Assembly: GCA_963811165.1 (NCBI GenBank)
Contig: CAWEQH010000004.1
Span: 608,001-672,000, forward strand
DNA: 64,000 nucleotides
Direction: 5' to 3'
Origin: an uncultured Nitrospiraceae bacterium
Lineage (GTDB): Bacteria > Nitrospirota > Thermodesulfovibrionia > Thermodesulfovibrionales > UBA6898
Each line of letters opens with the position of its first letter. Position 1 is the first letter of the stretch. This document shows, in pieces, positions 20,591 to 30,857 of the stretch. The notes beneath the pieces are model-generated. The model had not been told where the DNA came from. It did no database searches and worked only from the letters and a program-made list of their open reading frames with translations. The translations under genes were made by a program, and so were the position numbers.

Positions 20591-20880
20591 AACCAAAGGG
20601 ATGGAAAGATCTGCCCGCGGGCTCAGTGGTGCTCGAGGGGGGTAGCGCGGTCAAATTCAAGACCGGTTCCTGGCGCGCCTTCAGGCCGCTTTGGAAGGAA
20701 GAGAACTGCATACAATGTCTTTTTTGCTGGGTCTATTGTCCTGATATGGCGGTAAAGGTCAAGGACGGCAAGAGGGCCGAATTCGACTATGACTTCTGCA
20801 AGGGCTGCGGCATATGCGAGCTGGAGTGCCCCGGCAAAAAGGGGAAGAAGGCGATAGTAATGGTTGAGGAGGGCAAATAG
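20587..20880 (+). CDS. porD: Pyruvate:ferredoxin oxidoreductase delta subunit (2x[4Fe-4S])
   Basis: KTGSWR, CIQCLFCWVYCP, CKGCGICELECP. Confidence 0.93.
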   Translation: MKPKGWKDLPAGSVVLEGGSAVKFKTGSWRAFRPLWKEENCIQCLFCWVYCPDMAVKVKDGKRAEFDYDFCKGCGICELECPGKKGKKAIVMVEEGK

Positions 20881-22060
20881 ATGGCTAAGGTTGTTGCAGT
20901 TACAGGTAACGAAGCGGTCGCCAATGCGCTTCGTCAGGTAAATCCCGACGTCTGCGGTATTTATCCGATCACACCCCAGACCGACATGATGCAGAGGTAC
21001 GCATCGTTTATATCTAACGGCAAGGTCGACACCGAGGCGATCTTGGTCGAAAGCGAGCACAGTTCCATGTCCGCCTGCATCGGCGCTTCTGCCGCGGGCG
21101 GCAGGGTCGTGACCGCAACGTCTTCACAGGGTCTCGCACTTATGTGGGAGATGCTCCATATCGCCTCCGGAGACAGGCTCCCGATCATCATGCCGGTGGT
21201 AAACCGGGCGCTCTCGGCCCCGCTGAACATTCACGGCGACCACTCAGACGCCATGGGTGCAAGGGACACCGGATGGATACAGCTCTGGTCCGAAAACGGC
21301 CAGGAGGCTTACGACAATACTATCCAGGCGTTCAGGATAGGCGAGCATATGGACATCAGACTGCCGGTGATGGTCTGTATGGACGGGTTCATCATCAGCC
21401 ATTCCATAGAGAGGCTGGAATATCTGGAAGACGCCGAAGTGAAGAAGTTTGTCGGCGAATTCAAGAACCTCCATCCGCTCCTTGATCTCGATAAACCGAA
21501 GAGCTACGGTCCGCTGATCCTTACGGACCTCTATCACGAATACAAGAGGGCGCAGCACGAGGTGATGCTGAAGGCCAAGAACGTTGTCCTGGATGTCGCG
21601 AAGGATTTCGAGAAGATGAGCGGCAGGAAATACGGCCTTTTTGAATCATACAGACTTGAAGACGCCGACATCGCGCTGGTCATCCTGAATTCTGCCGCGG
21701 GCACCTCAAAGGACGTGGTCGATGAGTTCAGGTCAAAGGGGCATCAAGGCCGGGCTTCTTAAGCCGAGGCTCTTCAGGCCTTTCCCTTACGAAGAGGTGG
21801 CCGAGGCGCTTAAAAGCACAAAGGCGGTCTGCGTCATGGACAGGGCCGATTCTTTCGGCGGATACGGTCCGTCTGTTTATGGAGGTCAGTTCGGCGCTTT
21901 ATCAGCTTAAGAAAAAACCGGCGCTGATAAACAAGATCTACGGCCTCGGAGGCAGGGACTATCTGCCGTCCCATGCCGAGCTTGTCTTCAAGAACTCAAC
22001 GGGATCGCGAAAGGCGGAAAGATAAAAATAGTGAAAGAATATATAGCAGTGAGAGAATAA
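20881..22060 (+). pseudogene. porA: Pyruvate:ferredoxin oxidoreductase alpha subunit, frameshifted near 21740 and downstream, probably assembly errors
   Basis: YPITPQT, ESEHS, TATSSQGL; continuation GIKAGLLKPRLFRPFP and IYGLGGRD in other frames; stop TAA at 22058-22060. Confidence 0.88.
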
Positions 22061-22105
22061 AACTGCTGGCTGAAAGGATCGTGGATAGGTAGATCTTTTA
22101 TTTTT

Positions 22106-22184
22106 TGTCATTCCGGACCTGATCCGGAATCCAGGGACTTTAGGACAACGTCACTGGATACCCCGATCAAGTCGGGGTATGACA
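22106..22184. repeat. REP-doublet (REPIN-like) palindromic element between porA and porB
   Basis: TGTCATTCCGGACCTGATCCGGAATCCAG...CTGGATACCCCGATCAAGTCGGGGTATGACA: two hairpins in inverted orientation bounded by TGTCAT/ATGACA. Confidence 0.8.
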
Positions 22185-22240
22185 CCACGCGAAACCCTGA
22201 AGAGCCAAAAAATGATAGACGACTAATAAAGGAGAATATT

Positions 22241-23173
22241 ATGGCGACAGGACTTACGTTAAAAGAGCTTTCGAAGAAAGAAGACCGCTTGACCCATGGT
22301 CACAGGATGTGCGCCGGCTGCGGCGCGCCGACTATCGTAAAGATGGTGCTTCTTGCCACAGAGGGGCCGGTGATTGCCGCAAACGCTACCGGATGTCTTG
22401 AGGTATCCACCTGTATTTCCGAATATACCGCGTGGAAGATACCCTGGATCCATACGGCCTTTGAAAACGCCGCTGCGACTTTGTCAGGCGTCGAGACGAT
22501 GTACAGGTCATTGAAGAAACAGGGGCAAGATAGACAAGGACGTAAAGTTCATCGCCTTCGGAGGCGACGGCGGGACCTACGACATCGGTTTCCAGAGCCT
22601 GTCCGGGGCAATGGAGCGCGGTCATGACATGATGTACGTCTGCTACGATAACGGCGCTTACATGAATACCGGAATCCAGCGTTCGAGCGCGACGCCGCTC
22701 GGCGCCGACACGACCACATGCCCTGCCGGAGACGCCATCCCCGGGAAGCTGCGTGCGAGAAAGAACCTCACGAAGATAATGGCCGCCCATAACATCCCCT
22801 TTGCCGCGCAGGCCTCGCCTTCTCACTGGATGGACCTGATGAAGAAGGTCAGAAGGCCCATTCGTATGAAGGGCCGAAGTTCCTTAACGTCATCTCTCCT
22901 TGCAACAGGGGATGGCGGTCGAAGACCAACGACGCGATCACGCTGAGCAGGCTGGCGGTAAACACCTGTTACTGGCCGCTCTATGAGATCGAAAACGGGG
23001 TGACGAAGGTCACCTTTACCCCGAAGGAGAAGTTGCCGATTGCCGATTTCATGAAGCCCCAGGGCAGGTTCAAGCATCTTTTTGCTCCCGAAAACGAGTG
23101 GCTGCTGAAAAAAGTCCAGGAAGAAGTCGATGCCGAATGGGAAAAATTGCAGAAAGAGGCAAAATGCGGTTGA
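22241..23173 (+). pseudogene. porB: Pyruvate:ferredoxin oxidoreductase beta subunit, frameshifted near 22525 and 22860, probably assembly errors
   Basis: GHRMCAGCG, ATGCLEV, AFENAAA, GGDGG (shifted frame), YDNGAYMNTGIQRSSATP, YWPLYEI; stop at 23171-23173. Confidence 0.88.
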
Positions 23174-23208
23174 TTAAGCGATACGACTTGTGATATTTTG
23201 TAAGGACC

Positions 23209-23705
23209 ATGAGCGGCTCTGATCTTGTAATGTATGAAGAGGAGTTCCGTAGGATCGACGAGGAACTCCAGAGGCTTTACCTGCAGACAAACGCAAAGGT
23301 CGTCTTTCTTGTGGACAAAAACGGCCAGCTGATCGCGTCTGCCGGGGAAACGCACGATATCGATACCACCTCACTGGCCTCTCTCACTGCGGGAAACATC
23401 GCGGCCACGGGCGGGATAGCCCGGCTTCTGGGCGAAAAAGAGTTCACGATCCTTTTCCACGAAGGCGAAAAGGACAATATCCATATTTCGCTTATCGGCC
23501 AGAGGATGATTCTGGTAGTCATCTTCGACAGCCGCTCCTCGTCTAGGGCTGGTTCGACTTAGGGTAAAGAAGGTATCAGAGGCCCTCGTAACGATATTCA
23601 CCGATATTACCGACAAATCCGAACGCGATAAGGGCTCGAGGCAAGATGGAGGATTCGCCTTTTGCAGAAATCAGCGATGAAGACATCGATAATCTATTCA
23701 GGTAG
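23209..23705 (+). pseudogene. mglB: MglB roadblock GAP, frameshifted near 23540 and 23640, probably assembly errors
   Basis: VFLVDKNGQLIA, SLASLTAGNIAATGG, FHEGEKDNIH; shifted frames give LGLVRLRVKK and SPFAEISDEDIDNLFR*, the MglB C-terminal helix. Confidence 0.9.
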
Positions 23706-23717
23706 GGACCTTACTCA

Positions 23718-24305
23718 GTGTCTTTCATAAATTATTCCTCCCGTGAAATCAATTGCAAGATTGTCTATTACGGTCCCGGACTATGCGGAAAGACGACCAA
23801 TTTGCAATACGTCTACAAGAAAACAAACCCGGACCAGAAGGGCAAGCTGATCTCGTTGGCGACCGAGACCGAAAGAACGCTATTTTTCGACTTTCTGCCG
23901 CTTGCGCTTGGCGATATCAAGGGGTTCAAGGTGCGGTTTCATCTGTATACGGTCCCCGGGCAGGTTTTTTATGCTGCCAGCAGGAAGCTCATACTGAAAG
24001 GCGTCGACGGGGTCGTATTCGTTGCAGACAGCCAGATCGAGAGGATGGAGGCCAACATGGAGAGTCTTGACGACCTGAAGATCAACCTCGCCGAGCAGGG
24101 GTATGATCTCGACAAACTTCCCTATACTGTCCAGTACAACAAGAGAGACCTCCCCAACGTCGCTCCCATCGAGAATATGAACAGGCTCCTTAATCCGAAA
24201 AACGTTCCTTTTTTCGAAGCCGTTGCGGTAACCGGGCCGGGTGTCTTCGAGACGCTGAAGAATGTTGCGAAACAGGTCCTTGTCGAGCTTAAAAAGCATT
24301 ACTAG
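23718..24305 (+). CDS. mglA: MglA small GTPase
   Basis: [48 protein letters not shown]. Confidence 0.96.
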   Translation: MSFINYSSREINCKIVYYGPGLCGKTTNLQYVYKKTNPDQKGKLISLATETERTLFFDFLPLALGDIKGFKVRFHLYTVPGQVFYAASRKLILKGVDGVVFVADSQIERMEANMESLDDLKINLAEQGYDLDKLPYTVQYNKRDLPNVAPIENMNRLLNPKNVPFFEAVAVTGPGVFETLKNVAKQVLVELKKHY

Positions 24306-24993
24306 CAGATCCGCCGACCAGCTGGTCCTGCCGTTCAGTCTTTCCGAAGAGTACCTGAGAGATCGCCTCCAAAAAGCCATAGGCAGAAAGGTTTCCCTCG
24401 TGGTCACAGACAATTCGACCTCCATGATTTCAGCGAGGAAAAAGGGCGACGTGTTACATGTCAGGCTACACCGCATGTTCCTGCAGTCGGATGCCTTATT
24501 GCTTGACGAGATATCCGCGTTTATCCGGGGAAAAAAGTCGAAGACCCCGCTCATAAGGAACTTCATCAAACAGAACAGTGGCTTTGTAAAAAAGGGCAAA
24601 CAGAAGAAGTCTTCCCTCAAACAATTAGGTAAATATCACGACCTGCGGATACTGGCGGCGTCCGTAAATGAAGAATATTTCGGCGGTCGGATAACCGCTC
24701 CGGTTACATGGGGAACAGGACGCCTTGGCCGTGCCGTCAGACGGAGGACGCTCGGGAGCTACAGCGGCCACTCAAACACCGTCAGGATAAACCCGATACT
24801 TGACAAGAAAAGGGTGCCTTCCTATTTCATCGAATTTATCATCTACCACGAGATGCTCCATGCCGATATGGGTGTCGAAGGCGGCAAAGGGAGGAGAACG
24901 GTTCATTCGCGGGAGTTTCGGAGGCGCGAGAGACTGTTCAAAGAATATGCCGCGGCGCTGGACTGGGAAAAAAGCACGAATTTTCTGTTTTAA
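24262..24993 (+). CDS. SprT-like/M48-type zinc metalloprotease domain protein (start uncertain)
   Basis: HEMLH motif, LGSY, IRINP-like segment, H..EF. Confidence 0.75.
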   Translation: MLRNRSLSSLKSITSRSADQLVLPFSLSEEYLRDRLQKAIGRKVSLVVTDNSTSMISARKKGDVLHVRLHRMFLQSDALLLDEISAFIRGKKSKTPLIRNFIKQNSGFVKKGKQKKSSLKQLGKYHDLRILAASVNEEYFGGRITAPVTWGTGRLGRAVRRRTLGSYSGHSNTVRINPILDKKRVPSYFIEFIIYHEMLHADMGVEGGKGRRTVHSREFRRRERLFKEYAAALDWEKSTNFLF

Positions 24994-25136
24994 GGTGCCT
25001 TTCCGTTCCTTTATCAGGTTCCCCCGTTTCCTCAAATCGTATTTTCTTTTATGAAAACACCAATAAATCCATATTTGGCAAGATGCTACTGGATTTTTGG
25101 CTTTCAAATGTAGCCATATAAATTAGCATTTTATAC

Positions 25137-25165
25137 TTGACATAGCTATTGTTATACTCTATAAT
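25137..25165 (+). promoter_or_regulatory. Consensus sigma70 promoter of the IS1634 transposase
   Basis: TTGACA (25137-25142), 17-bp spacer, TATAAT (25160-25165); ATG at 25173. Confidence 0.8.
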
Positions 25166-25172
25166 AGTAGCC

Positions 25173-26804
25173 ATGCCATTAAAGAAGAAGCCACGTCCCC
25201 ACCTCGAAATACAAACCTCCGGCAACAAGTGTTACGGGGTCATCCGCACCACATTCCGTGAGAAGGGCGAAATCAGACACACAACTCATGGGACCATCAA
25301 GGATATGAGCCTTGAACAATTAAAGCTCATACAGGCCGCCTTCAGAGGCGATGTGCTGGTAAGGGGTTCAGCCGACGCTCAAAAAGTTACAGAATCGAAG
25401 GAGTACGGCGCTTCCTATGCGGCATTGCAGTTGGCGAAGGAATTAGAGTTGGACAAAATGATCTATTCGAGATATTCCGAGCAGTGGGTTAAAGACTGTC
25501 TCGCCATGATAGTCGGCCGTCTGGTATATAGCGGCAGCAAGCTGGCGTTATCGCACAGATGGGAGGACACGGCACTATGGGAACTCTGCGGGATAGAAGG
25601 GGCGGTTGACGTAGATAAACAGTGCTATGGGCCTATGGATCGTCTTTTACAGAGGCAGGATGCGATCCAAATGACATTGGCGAAAAAGCATCTCCGAAAC
25701 GGGGCGCTTGTACTTTACGATATAACCAGCAGCTATTTTGAAGGCGAGTATGAAGACAGTGAGATCGTTAAATTCGGATATAACCGTGACGGTAAGCGGG
25801 GGCATGAACAGATGGTGATAGGGCTGCTTTGCAGTCCTGATGGCTGCCCTGTGGGTGTGGAAGTTTTCCCTGGAAATACGCAGGATGCCCAAACGGTCCT
25901 CGATAAGATAGCTGAGGTGCAGAAAAGATACGGGATACAGGAGATAATTTTTGTTGGGGATCGCGGAATGGTCACTCATGCCAATTACGAGAAGGTCAAA
26001 GATGTGAAAGGGCTCAATACAGTATCGGCATTAACTCACCGTCAGATAAACGAGCTTTTGCAACGCAAGGTGATCCAGGTGGACATGTTTGATGAAAAGG
26101 AGATTGTTGAAGTAGTGGATCCCCAAGACCCGGCACGGCGATACTGTTTATGCCGTAATCCAAAAACCGCAACGAGGGAAGCAACTACACGCAAAGGCTT
26201 GCTTGAGGTCACCAGAAAAGCATTAGACAGGATAGCCCAATCAAAACGGAAGTCGACAACCGAGAAGATAGCGGCAAGAGTAGGAAAGATTTTTGGAAAG
26301 ACAAAGACAGAGAAATTCGTAGAGTGGGCAGTACAGGATGGGCATCTCACCTGGAAATTCAAAACAGATAAGATCGAGGCTGAGGAATTGATTGACGGCT
26401 GTTATATAATTGCCTCCGATGTTCCTGCCGGGCTGATGGCAAAACAGGAAATAGTTGCGGCATATAAAAAGCTCGCGCTTGTAGAACAGGCTTTTCGTAA
26501 CCTAAAAAGCGTACAACTTGAAGTGCGGCCCGTTTATCACAAAACAGATGAGCGAATCCGCTGTCATGTGTTTATTTGCATACTTGCCTATTACTTGCAG
26601 TGGCATATGAACCAGAGGCTGAAACCTCTGTTTCAGTCTGACGGCAAGAATAAAAACCGTAAGTGGACATTTGAGTATGTGATTGAGAGATTAAAGAGCA
26701 TAAGAAGACAGACACTTCAAATGCAGGGGGCTTCGTGCAGAATAGTTTGCACTCCCGATAACAATCAGCAAAAGATTCTCGATCTGCTTAAGGTAAAATT
26801 GTAG
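25173..26804 (+). CDS. IS1634-family DDE transposase
   Basis: LYDITSSYFEG, FGYNRDGK, VGDRGM, YKKLALVEQAFRNLK, RPVYH..RIRCHVFIC. Confidence 0.93.
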   Translation: MPLKKKPRPHLEIQTSGNKCYGVIRTTFREKGEIRHTTHGTIKDMSLEQLKLIQAAFRGDVLVRGSADAQKVTESKEYGASYAALQLAKELELDKMIYSRYSEQWVKDCLAMIVGRLVYSGSKLALSHRWEDTALWELCGIEGAVDVDKQCYGPMDRLLQRQDAIQMTLAKKHLRNGALVLYDITSSYFEGEYEDSEIVKFGYNRDGKRGHEQMVIGLLCSPDGCPVGVEVFPGNTQDAQTVLDKIAEVQKRYGIQEIIFVGDRGMVTHANYEKVKDVKGLNTVSALTHRQINELLQRKVIQVDMFDEKEIVEVVDPQDPARRYCLCRNPKTATREATTRKGLLEVTRKALDRIAQSKRKSTTEKIAARVGKIFGKTKTEKFVEWAVQDGHLTWKFKTDKIEAEELIDGCYIIASDVPAGLMAKQEIVAAYKKLALVEQAFRNLKSVQLEVRPVYHKTDERIRCHVFICILAYYLQWHMNQRLKPLFQSDGKNKNRKWTFEYVIERLKSIRRQTLQMQGASCRIVCTPDNNQQKILDLLKVKL

Positions 26805-27018
26805 CCATTTTCTTGAAATCGGAAATCGCCCACGAATCATTGCAGCATATGGAGTTCCTCGCAGTTTTAAAAAAGAAGATACGTCAAATCTTAAGGTTTT
26901 AGCCTTTTGTTCCGATATGTTCATTAGTGAGTGTTGTCGGGATTGCGATCGGCGGTTTTTCTGATGGGCACGATAACATCTAACTATGGTGTAATAACGT
27001 CGGGAGGAAAGGATCGGT

Positions 27019-28314
27019 ATGGCCGCGAAACAGGAAGGCCTTAACAGAGGCGGAAACGTCAATTCGGAAATCTTATTCGATGTCCACGACAAGACAGTAG
27101 TCGAGGGCCTGCTGAAGCTTTTCAAGCAGATAGAATTCATAAAAAACGAGCTTGAGAATACGATTGACTGCGTAGGGGACATGATCGTCCTAATCGACGG
27201 CAAGGGGCTGGTCAGGCGATGCAACAGGACATTCAAGGATTTCACGGACAGGCCGTATGACGCCATCATCGGCAATGACTGGGAGGAGCTTTTCTTCGGG
27301 GAAAAAAGGGGCATCGATCTGTCGACCGGACAGAGAAATGAGGTATTTCATCCCGGTAACGGCAGGTGGTTTCTGGTGACGTCCTACCCCTTCGACGGAG
27401 GAAAGAACTACGGGCCTGCGGGCAGGGCCGTGACGATTTACGATTCGACGGAACTCAAGAAGATCACGGGGGAACTCGAAAGAAAAAACCGCGAACTCGA
27501 GAAGGGATATCTGGACCTGAAGTCGGCGCATTCCCAGATCATCCAGCAGGAAAAGATGGCTTCTATAGGTCAACTCGCTGCGGGAGTTGCCCACGAGATC
27601 AACAACCCCATAGGGTTCATTTTGAGCAATCTGGGGACCCTCGACAAATATCTCTCGAGGCTTATCGAATTTATCGATTTCCAGGCCGGGGTGATAGGGG
27701 CCTTTGAAGCGGCCGACCTTAGAGGTCTGGACGAAAAGAGAAGGCAATTAAAACTCGATCTCATCATCCCTGACACCAGGGCGCTTATCAGGGAATCGGC
27801 AGAAGGCGCCCAGCGGGTAAAGAACATCGTCCGCGACCTAAAGAGTTTTTCCCGGGTGGACGATGAAGGGATTTCCCGGGCGGACATCAACGCGGGCCTC
27901 GAAAGCACGATCAATATTGTATGGAACGAGATCAAATACAAGGCAACCCTGAAGAAGCAATACGGTGAAATCCCTCTGACGAAGTGCAACCTTGGACAAC
28001 TCAACCAGGTGTTCCTCAATGTCCTGGTGAATGCAGCCCATTCCATAGAAAAACAGGGCGAGATATCCGTAAAGACCTGGCAGGAAAACGGGTCTATCTG
28101 TGTCGCGATATCTGATACCGGCTGCGGAATCCACAACGATAATCTCGGCAGGATTTTCGAGCCCTTCTTTACCACGAAAGAGGCGGGCAAGGGGACCGGT
28201 CTCGGACTGAGCATAGCGTACGACATCGTAAAGAAACATAACGGCGAGATATCGGTGGCGAGCGAAATAGGGAAGGGAACGACATTCAGCGTGAGAATAC
28301 CGGTGGTGGAGTGA
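27019..28314 (+). CDS. PAS-containing cytoplasmic histidine kinase
   Basis: PAS-like region, [21 protein letters not shown]-box, N/G1/F/G2 boxes, no TM segment. Confidence 0.93.
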   Translation: MAAKQEGLNRGGNVNSEILFDVHDKTVVEGLLKLFKQIEFIKNELENTIDCVGDMIVLIDGKGLVRRCNRTFKDFTDRPYDAIIGNDWEELFFGEKRGIDLSTGQRNEVFHPGNGRWFLVTSYPFDGGKNYGPAGRAVTIYDSTELKKITGELERKNRELEKGYLDLKSAHSQIIQQEKMASIGQLAAGVAHEINNPIGFILSNLGTLDKYLSRLIEFIDFQAGVIGAFEAADLRGLDEKRRQLKLDLIIPDTRALIRESAEGAQRVKNIVRDLKSFSRVDDEGISRADINAGLESTINIVWNEIKYKATLKKQYGEIPLTKCNLGQLNQVFLNVLVNAAHSIEKQGEISVKTWQENGSICVAISDTGCGIHNDNLGRIFEPFFTTKEAGKGTGLGLSIAYDIVKKHNGEISVASEIGKGTTFSVRIPVVE

Positions 28315-29138
28315 GAGGGATGGAAGCAAAGGTGAGGATCCTCTGCGTTGACGACGAGGTCAATGTCCTTAACTCGATAAGGCGGCTCTTCATCGACGAA
28401 GATTACGAGATACTGAGCGCAACGTCGGGTGAAGACGGTCTTGCCATTCTGATGGAAGTGTCGCCTGTCCAACTGGTGATAGCGGACTACCGGATGCCCG
28501 GGATGAACGGGGTCGATTTCCTGAAAGAGGTGTGCGCCTTCTGGCCCGAAACAGTGAGGATCATACTTTCCGGATACGCCGATACGGCCTCGATCGTCTC
28601 CGCAATAAACGAGGGAAAGATATACAAATTCATACCGAAGCCCTGGAATGACGATGAACTGAAAATGACCGTCGCGGGCGCACTCGGACAAGGTTCCCTT
28701 CATAAGAGGAACTCGGAGCTTGCCGAGGAACTCAGATGTTTAACCGATAAGCTCAAGGCGTTGAGTGAGAGTTTCGAGAGACGTGTGGCAGAAAAGATCT
28801 CAGGCCTGACGGTCTGGAACACCGGGCTCACCTGCGCCCGAAACATACTCGATTCCCTTCCTGTTGCGGTCATCGGCATAGATGCGGATGGCCTGATCGT
28901 CCTTTGTAACAAAAAAGCGAGTGAATTGTTTCCGGGGGACGGAGGGATTGTCCCGGGGATGCCGCATGGTACCGCGTTGCCGGCATCAGTCAACAATCTT
29001 ATAGACAAGGCCGACAGGGACGGGGATCTCCCGCGGGCCATCACACTCGACGGAGGGAAAGTCCGTATCAAAAGTACCAGCGTCACCTTTCCCGACGAAA
29101 GAGAAGGGCTCGTCCTGGTCTTTGACCGGGACGATTGA
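28311..29138 (+). CDS. Response regulator (REC, coiled coil, PAS-like)
   Basis: LCVDDE, IADYRMPG, FIPKPW; C-terminal LDSLPVAVIGID PAS start. Confidence 0.88.
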   Translation: MRGMEAKVRILCVDDEVNVLNSIRRLFIDEDYEILSATSGEDGLAILMEVSPVQLVIADYRMPGMNGVDFLKEVCAFWPETVRIILSGYADTASIVSAINEGKIYKFIPKPWNDDELKMTVAGALGQGSLHKRNSELAEELRCLTDKLKALSESFERRVAEKISGLTVWNTGLTCARNILDSLPVAVIGIDADGLIVLCNKKASELFPGDGGIVPGMPHGTALPASVNNLIDKADRDGDLPRAITLDGGKVRIKSTSVTFPDEREGLVLVFDRDD

Positions 29139-29150
29139 AGGCCGAAAACA

Positions 29151-29819
29151 ATGATCGAGTTCGACGAATTGGAAAAGAGGATGGTCCTGAAGCTGGTCTA
29201 TTACGGGCCTGCGCTTTCGGGAAAGACCACCAATCTCCTAAGACTTCACGACATGCTTGAGAGAAAGGGAAGGGGAGACCTGATGGTGCTCGACACCAAG
29301 GACGACAGGACAATTTTCTTCGATCTCCTCCCCTTTTTTTTCACGGCTCCCAGCGGGCTGAAGATCAAGGTGAAACTCTATACGGTGCCGGGACAGGTGA
29401 GGCACGACGCTACCAGGAAGGCCGTGCTTCAGAGGGCGGACGGGGTTGCCTTCATCGCGGACTCCCGGGCGGTGGAGAGGGAGAACAACTCTGAAAGTTT
29501 TCGCAATCTCGAAAGCAATCTCCTCATTGTGGGACTCGACATAGAAAAGATCCCGCTGGTCATACAGTTCAACAAGAGGGACATCCGGGATATCATTCCC
29601 GAAGAGGAGATCCGGCGGGTCTGGGGACCCTCAGGGATCCCCGTGGTCATGGCTTCTGCGCTGGAAGGGTGGGGTGTGATCGAAACGTTGGGCAGACTGG
29701 CTGAATTGACCTATCATGCAATCGACGGAAGATTCGGACTGGCGAAGGACCACGGCCTCGGGAAAGATGAATTCGTAGGGAGGCTCACGAACAAGGCAGA
29801 AGAAAAGGATTATGCGTGA
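29151..29819 (+). CDS. Second MglA-family small GTPase
   Basis: KLVYYGPALSGKTTN, DDRTIFFD, TVPGQ, NKRD. Confidence 0.9.
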   Translation: MIEFDELEKRMVLKLVYYGPALSGKTTNLLRLHDMLERKGRGDLMVLDTKDDRTIFFDLLPFFFTAPSGLKIKVKLYTVPGQVRHDATRKAVLQRADGVAFIADSRAVERENNSESFRNLESNLLIVGLDIEKIPLVIQFNKRDIRDIIPEEEIRRVWGPSGIPVVMASALEGWGVIETLGRLAELTYHAIDGRFGLAKDHGLGKDEFVGRLTNKAEEKDYA

Positions 29820-29832
29820 GGACTGAGGACGG

Positions 29833-30837
29833 ATGGGAATGATGTACAAAAAAGATGCCGGCATCTCTGTAGGCGCCTCCTTTGGCGACGACGCCGGAAA
29901 TATCAGTCTCCTTTTCGTCGACGACGAAAAAAACGTGTTGAACGCTCTTGAAAGGGCGTTCATGGACAGCGGCATGAGGGTCAACACTGCAGCCGACGCA
30001 TTCGAGGCGATCGAAATTCTGAGGAATTGCGATATCGCGGTCATCGTTTCAGACAACCTGATGCCCGGCATGACCGGTGTCGAATTCTTCCGCAGGGCAA
30101 AAGACATTTCACCCGATAGTGTCAGGATCATGATGACCGCCTACGCGGATGTGGGATCCGCGATCGACGCGATTAACAAGGGCGAGGTCTACCGCTTCAT
30201 CACCAAGCCCTGGGACGAAGAAGAGCTCAGGGAGATAATCGGCGGCGCGGCACAGAAATACCGGGTGGTACAGTCCCTGAAGGAGGCCGACGAGGCGAGG
30301 CTGCTTTCCCTGGCCCAGACGATCGAACTCAAGGACCCCTACACGAGGGGCCACTGTGACAGGGTCGCGCGGTATGCGATGCTCATTGCCGATTCCATGG
30401 GACTCGATGCGGAGATGAAGAGAGACATAAAGTACGGCAGCTGGCTGCACGACTGCGGCAAGATCGGGGTGCCGGAGGCGGTTTTGAATCACCCCGGTCC
30501 GCTTTCCGAAAAGGACATGGAGATCATCCGGAGCCATCCGGTGTGGGGGGCCGACGTAGCGAGACAGGCGAGATTGTCGGAGAGGATCATAAACATCGTC
30601 CTTCATCACCACGAGAGGTTCGACGGCCTCGGCTATCCTTCAGGCCTGAAGGCAGGCGAAATACCGTTTGAGGCAAGAATCGTGGCGGTCTGCGACGCCT
30701 ACGACGCGATCACTTCGGACCGCCCGTATGCAAAAGGAAAGAGTAACAAGGCGGCGATCGACATAATGGAATCGCTGAAGGAAAAAGTGTTCGACCCGCA
30801 TGTAACGGATATTTTTTGCGGAACTCTCAGGGAATAA
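29833..30837 (+). CDS. REC + HD-GYP phosphodiesterase
   Basis: VSDNLMPG, KDPYTRGH, LHDCGK, HHERFDGLGYP, DRPY. Confidence 0.93.
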   Translation: MGMMYKKDAGISVGASFGDDAGNISLLFVDDEKNVLNALERAFMDSGMRVNTAADAFEAIEILRNCDIAVIVSDNLMPGMTGVEFFRRAKDISPDSVRIMMTAYADVGSAIDAINKGEVYRFITKPWDEEELREIIGGAAQKYRVVQSLKEADEARLLSLAQTIELKDPYTRGHCDRVARYAMLIADSMGLDAEMKRDIKYGSWLHDCGKIGVPEAVLNHPGPLSEKDMEIIRSHPVWGADVARQARLSERIINIVLHHHERFDGLGYPSGLKAGEIPFEARIVAVCDAYDAITSDRPYAKGKSNKAAIDIMESLKEKVFDPHVTDIFCGTLRE

Positions 30838-30857
30838 AGCAGGGCCAAAAGAAAGAT

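Larger units (their letters stand above)
25030..26895 (+). mobile_element. IS1634-family insertion sequence (ends approximate)
   Basis: Transposase plus imperfect IRs CGTATTTTCTTTTATGAAAAC (25038-25058) and GTTTTAAAAAAGAAGATACG (26864-26883). Confidence 0.65.

Noticed and set aside
21722..23705. Programmed frameshifting in porA, porB or mglB
   Set aside because: Several shifts per gene clustered in 2 kb with no consistent slippery site or stimulator; assembly error is simpler
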